Of a stretch of DNA of 64,000 nucleotides, positions 60,526-64,000 are shown piece by piece. The stretch is from Chrysomallon squamiferum (taxonomy: Eukaryota; Animalia; Mollusca), in the NCBI GenBank assembly GCA_012295275.1, contig CM022667.1, forward strand, positions 1,054,001-1,118,000. Reading direction: 5' to 3'. Made by a program: the position numbers and the translations under genes. The notes beneath the pieces are model-generated. The model was given only the letters and a program-made list of their open reading frames with translations, searched no databases and was not told the DNA's origin. Every line of letters begins with the position of its first letter. The stretch's first letter is position 1.

Positions 60526-60991
60526 GAGATAGATGATAGGTGAATAGGTTTAATTGTAGAAAGCGAAAGAGAGACAAAGAAAGAAAGCGACAGCGGTAAG
60601 GCGTGTAAAGAATTAGTATTAAATTATTAATAATTTTGATCTTATTAATTATAACATAAAAATGCTTATTATGTTTTATGCGTAGGTCTAGTTCCACTTT
60701 TTCTTCGATCTCTTCTTTACCAGAGAGGTCAGTGATCGTAAAATAATGATTTGCTTCATTTCAGCCAGATCAATAATGTCAAATTATATAGGTTGAGATG
60801 AATAGGAAATTATTCCTGTACTTTTATTATCATACATGTACTTTCATGTCATCATTGTCATTATCACCATTATAAGTTTTCATCATCATCATCATCACTT
60901 TAAAAATAATAACAAAAAAAAAATAAAAAATAAAATAAAATAAAATAAAATAAATATTTGTTTTGATATGATTTGCTCGGTTATTTTTCAG

Positions 60992-63517
60992 CGCTGTAGT
61001 CTGCATCTTCAATCTGCCTGGAATTTCGCGACTCAACATGACGATGCAGCAGCTGGCCGGTATATACAGCGGTCGGATTAGGTGGTGGAACGACTCGTCG
61101 CTGATTAGAATCAACCCGGAAATAACCCTGCCGGAGAGACAGATCATCACGACGGCCAGACGGGACAAGTCCGGTACGACGGAGATCTTCACGCGAGCTC
61201 TCAGCTCCAGCGACCCCGAGTGGGAGCAGAAATACGGGACGTTCAGCCTCGGAGTGGACGAGAACGACAGACCGTACCACTGGAACCCCGAGGCGGTGCA
61301 CGTGTTCGGGCTGACCAACAGGGGCTTGTCCGGCATGATTCTCTCCACCCGCTACTCCGTCGGCTACCTCGTCATGTCCGAAGTGACGTCGATGAAGCTG
61401 AGCTACGCTTTCCTGCGCAACAGAGCCGGTTACTTCGTCGCCCCGACTCTCACGTCTGTGCAGAAGGCCATGATGGCCACCATGTTCCGGTTCGGCTCGA
61501 GAATGACGGCCTCGCTGTCAGATCCTGCCGGAAACGAGTCTTATCCGATGGCTGGATACACGTATTTCATAATCAGGAAATCCTCGATGGAAAACTGCGA
61601 AACCGCCAAAGAGCTCGTGAGATACATTGAATGGTTTTTCACTAATCCAATGGCGCAAGACTATTGTTCGGGGTCCGACATGGTTCCCCTTCCTTTCAGT
61701 CTGTACAACATGGTCCTGGAGAAAGTGCTGAAGAAAGTGACGTGTCGTGGTCACAACGTGTATGACTTGGTGCGGGAAGAGAAGCAGGCAGAGATGGAAA
61801 GCCTAAGGAGCTGGGTGACTCCCGTTTACATCGCGTCGGCTTTCGTCGGAGTCATACTGCTTGTAGCCGCCGTGGTCGTAACCAAGAAGAAGACGAAGAC
61901 GTACAGAGCTGTGTGGAAGAACGAATGGAAGATAGAAGCGTGGGAAATAAACTTTTATCACCTCAGCCCGAAGCAGAACAACCTCAAAACTGTGAGTCTG
62001 ATTCCTTTCTCCAGGAACAAAATACACCCAGTGGAAAACAAGCGAGATTCGGTGTGGTCATCAGCGACTCCGTCAATTTCATCGCGTCTTGGAGAGTGGC
62101 AAGGACACATGGTCTACCTGAAGGCTCTGGACATCAACAAGACTTTAACGTTTCAAACAAAAGAAAGCGATTCTGTGGATGAGGCAGACTATACGACATA
62201 AGAATCTCACAACATTTTATGGACTGGTTCATCTGGAAGGCGTTTACCATTCCATCATGGACTACAACAGCAAAGGGTCGTTGAGCAATTTTCTCCACCG
62301 GTCGAATCTGAACGCCAACACGGATCTGAAGTTCGCCATCTGCTACGAACTGGCCTGCGGGATGAACTTCTTACACAAATACAACATAATTCACGGCAGG
62401 CTGACGAGCTCGTCCTGTTACTTCGACACTAACTGGTCTCTGAAAATTGACGAGTGGCAGAGAAACAAACTGGAAGACAAACGTGACCAGTACTACACGT
62501 CTGAAGACGTCAGCAGCGTATGACGCGATGGGACGCGCCCGAATTCTGGACCGCACCAGAAATACTGCAACAGAGATCAAATCCAACGAAGAGTGGCGAC
62601 GTTTACAGCTTTGGCATGATCATGAAGGAGATATTTACCAGAGAGCTGCCGTTCTCGGAATATTCAACTTGCAGGACCCTGGAGAGGTTCTGAAAGACGT
62701 CATTGCCGTGTCACTACGTCCTGGGTTTGCCTTGACGACACCGTTCACGGCTCGAGCCATCATGAGCTTGACCTGGGAGAGCGATTCCAGTGCGAGGCCT
62801 TCTTTTTCAGAAATACGCGAGAAGATCCTGAAAACGTATTCCAGAGGCAAAGCGGTGGTAGACTCGATCATCCACTTACTGGAAGAATACGTCTCAATTC
62901 TGGAGGAAACCGTCGAGACGGCAGAAGCCAGGGAAAAGCTTGTGACGGATCGCGATGTCAATGATCTTAAACTGTTGCCGTCGTCGGACGTCATCCAACC
63001 TCAGAAACATTCGTCCGTTACAGTGGTGGTTTGCAACCTCTGTGATTTCATGTCCTTGCCATCTCGGCTTAACTCCACTCAAGTGGTGCGTATGCTCACG
63101 AAACTGTTTCAAGCGTTCGACGACGTGACGTCATCTAACAATCTCTTCGTCTTTGACGTGTCCTTCAACAGCTACAAAATCGTCGCCGGGTTGCCGAAAC
63201 TTAGCAACAACCACGCTCAAATTGCTGTCCAGACTGCTCTAGATCTTATGGCGTCTGCTCAGAAAATTAACATTGAGCCGAACACGTTCGAAACAGTTTG
63301 CTTAAAGATCGGCGTCAGTTCTGGATCTGTGTTTCACGGAACTTTAGCCTCGAATGCTGGCGACAAACGCTTTATGTGCGGCGATGCCGTCTACGTAGCC
63401 GCGGAATTGGCCGACCTCGCTCAGCCCCGAACAGTTTTGATATCTCAGATGACGGAGCAGCTGTTACAGTCGACGACGAAGTGGAACGTGATTCAAAGAC
63501 AGGATCCTTTTATGTGG
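60992..63517 (+). CDS. PstS-domain receptor guanylyl cyclase-like gene, large exon (rest of PstS, TM at 61824-61880, kinase-homology domain, coiled coil, degenerate class III cyclase); frameshifted as assembled
   Basis: TTTTTCAG acceptor. PstS: AVVCIFNLPG, LAGIYSGRIRWWND, RRDKSGTT, YPMAGYTY. TM: VYIASAFVGVILLVAAVVV. Pseudokinase: RHKNL, KGSL, GMNFLH, HGRLTSSSC, WTAPE, GDVYSFG, RPSF. Coiled coil and cyclase: LEEYVSILEETVE, LKIGVSSG, GDAV. Probable donor TGG|GTATGT at 63518, otherwise the stop is at 63544. At least 3 frame changes between about 62160 and 62680. Confidence 0.82.
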
Positions 63518-63824
63518 GTATGTATGGTAAAGTATGTAGATTAATATGCGATCTTGGAAAGAGGAATTCAATATTTTTGAAACCGTCTGTTCAGAAATTA
63601 ATTTCTGCTAGTGTCACGATACAGTTTGGGATTTGCTAAATATACGTAAGGATGTACTCCGAAAACATGGCTCTTCAGATTTATTTCAGCTTTGTTTTTG
63701 CTTTTTATTCTTCTTTACCTTGTTATTGTTGTTGTTGTTATCTTTATCTTTATCATCATTATCATCTTCATTTTTCTTATTATTTGTTATTTTTTTTTTC
63801 CTATATAAATATTTGTTTTACCTT

Positions 63825-63938
<114 letters not shown>

Positions 63939-64000
63939 TCTGTGTTTGTGTGATACTGTAACGACGATTACGTCAGAAGAAAGGTTTGGAACTCCTTTTT

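Noticed and set aside
62151-62178. Programmed ribosomal frameshift at the first frame break
   Set aside because: No canonical slippery heptamer, and two further shifts would be needed; indel errors or decay are simpler explanations.
60830-63112. Antisense and alternate-frame ORFs over the receptor exon (e.g. 60830-61348, 61220-61630, 62635-62994)
   Set aside because: Shadow ORFs of a GC-rich coding exon, with no independent motifs.

Overview
Animal genomic DNA: very AT-rich, dense in microsatellites, with GT-AG introns; an invertebrate, probably mollusc-like (inference). Two protein-coding genes are supported, arranged head-to-head at the right end. (1) A complete 8-exon CCDC113/CFAP263 ciliary gene on the minus strand (51643-55900, 379 aa), with an RFX X-box just upstream of its ATG. 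(2) A plus-strand receptor guanylyl cyclase-like gene (59414 to at least 63517) whose ectodomain is a bacterial-type PstS phosphate-binding protein with the phosphate ligands conserved. It continues with one TM helix, a pseudokinase, a coiled coil and a class III cyclase domain whose catalytic residues are substituted. This is a candidate animal extracellular phosphate receptor. Its kinase region has at least three frameshifts (assembly indels or pseudogenisation). In about 1-51 kb I found no recognisable coding exon, only simple repeats, minisatellites, a foldback-like inverted array, SINE-like remnants and CpG-rich regulatory-looking islands, including a probable minus-strand promoter/first exon near 37.8 kb. 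Almost all other ORF-track entries are microsatellite artefacts.
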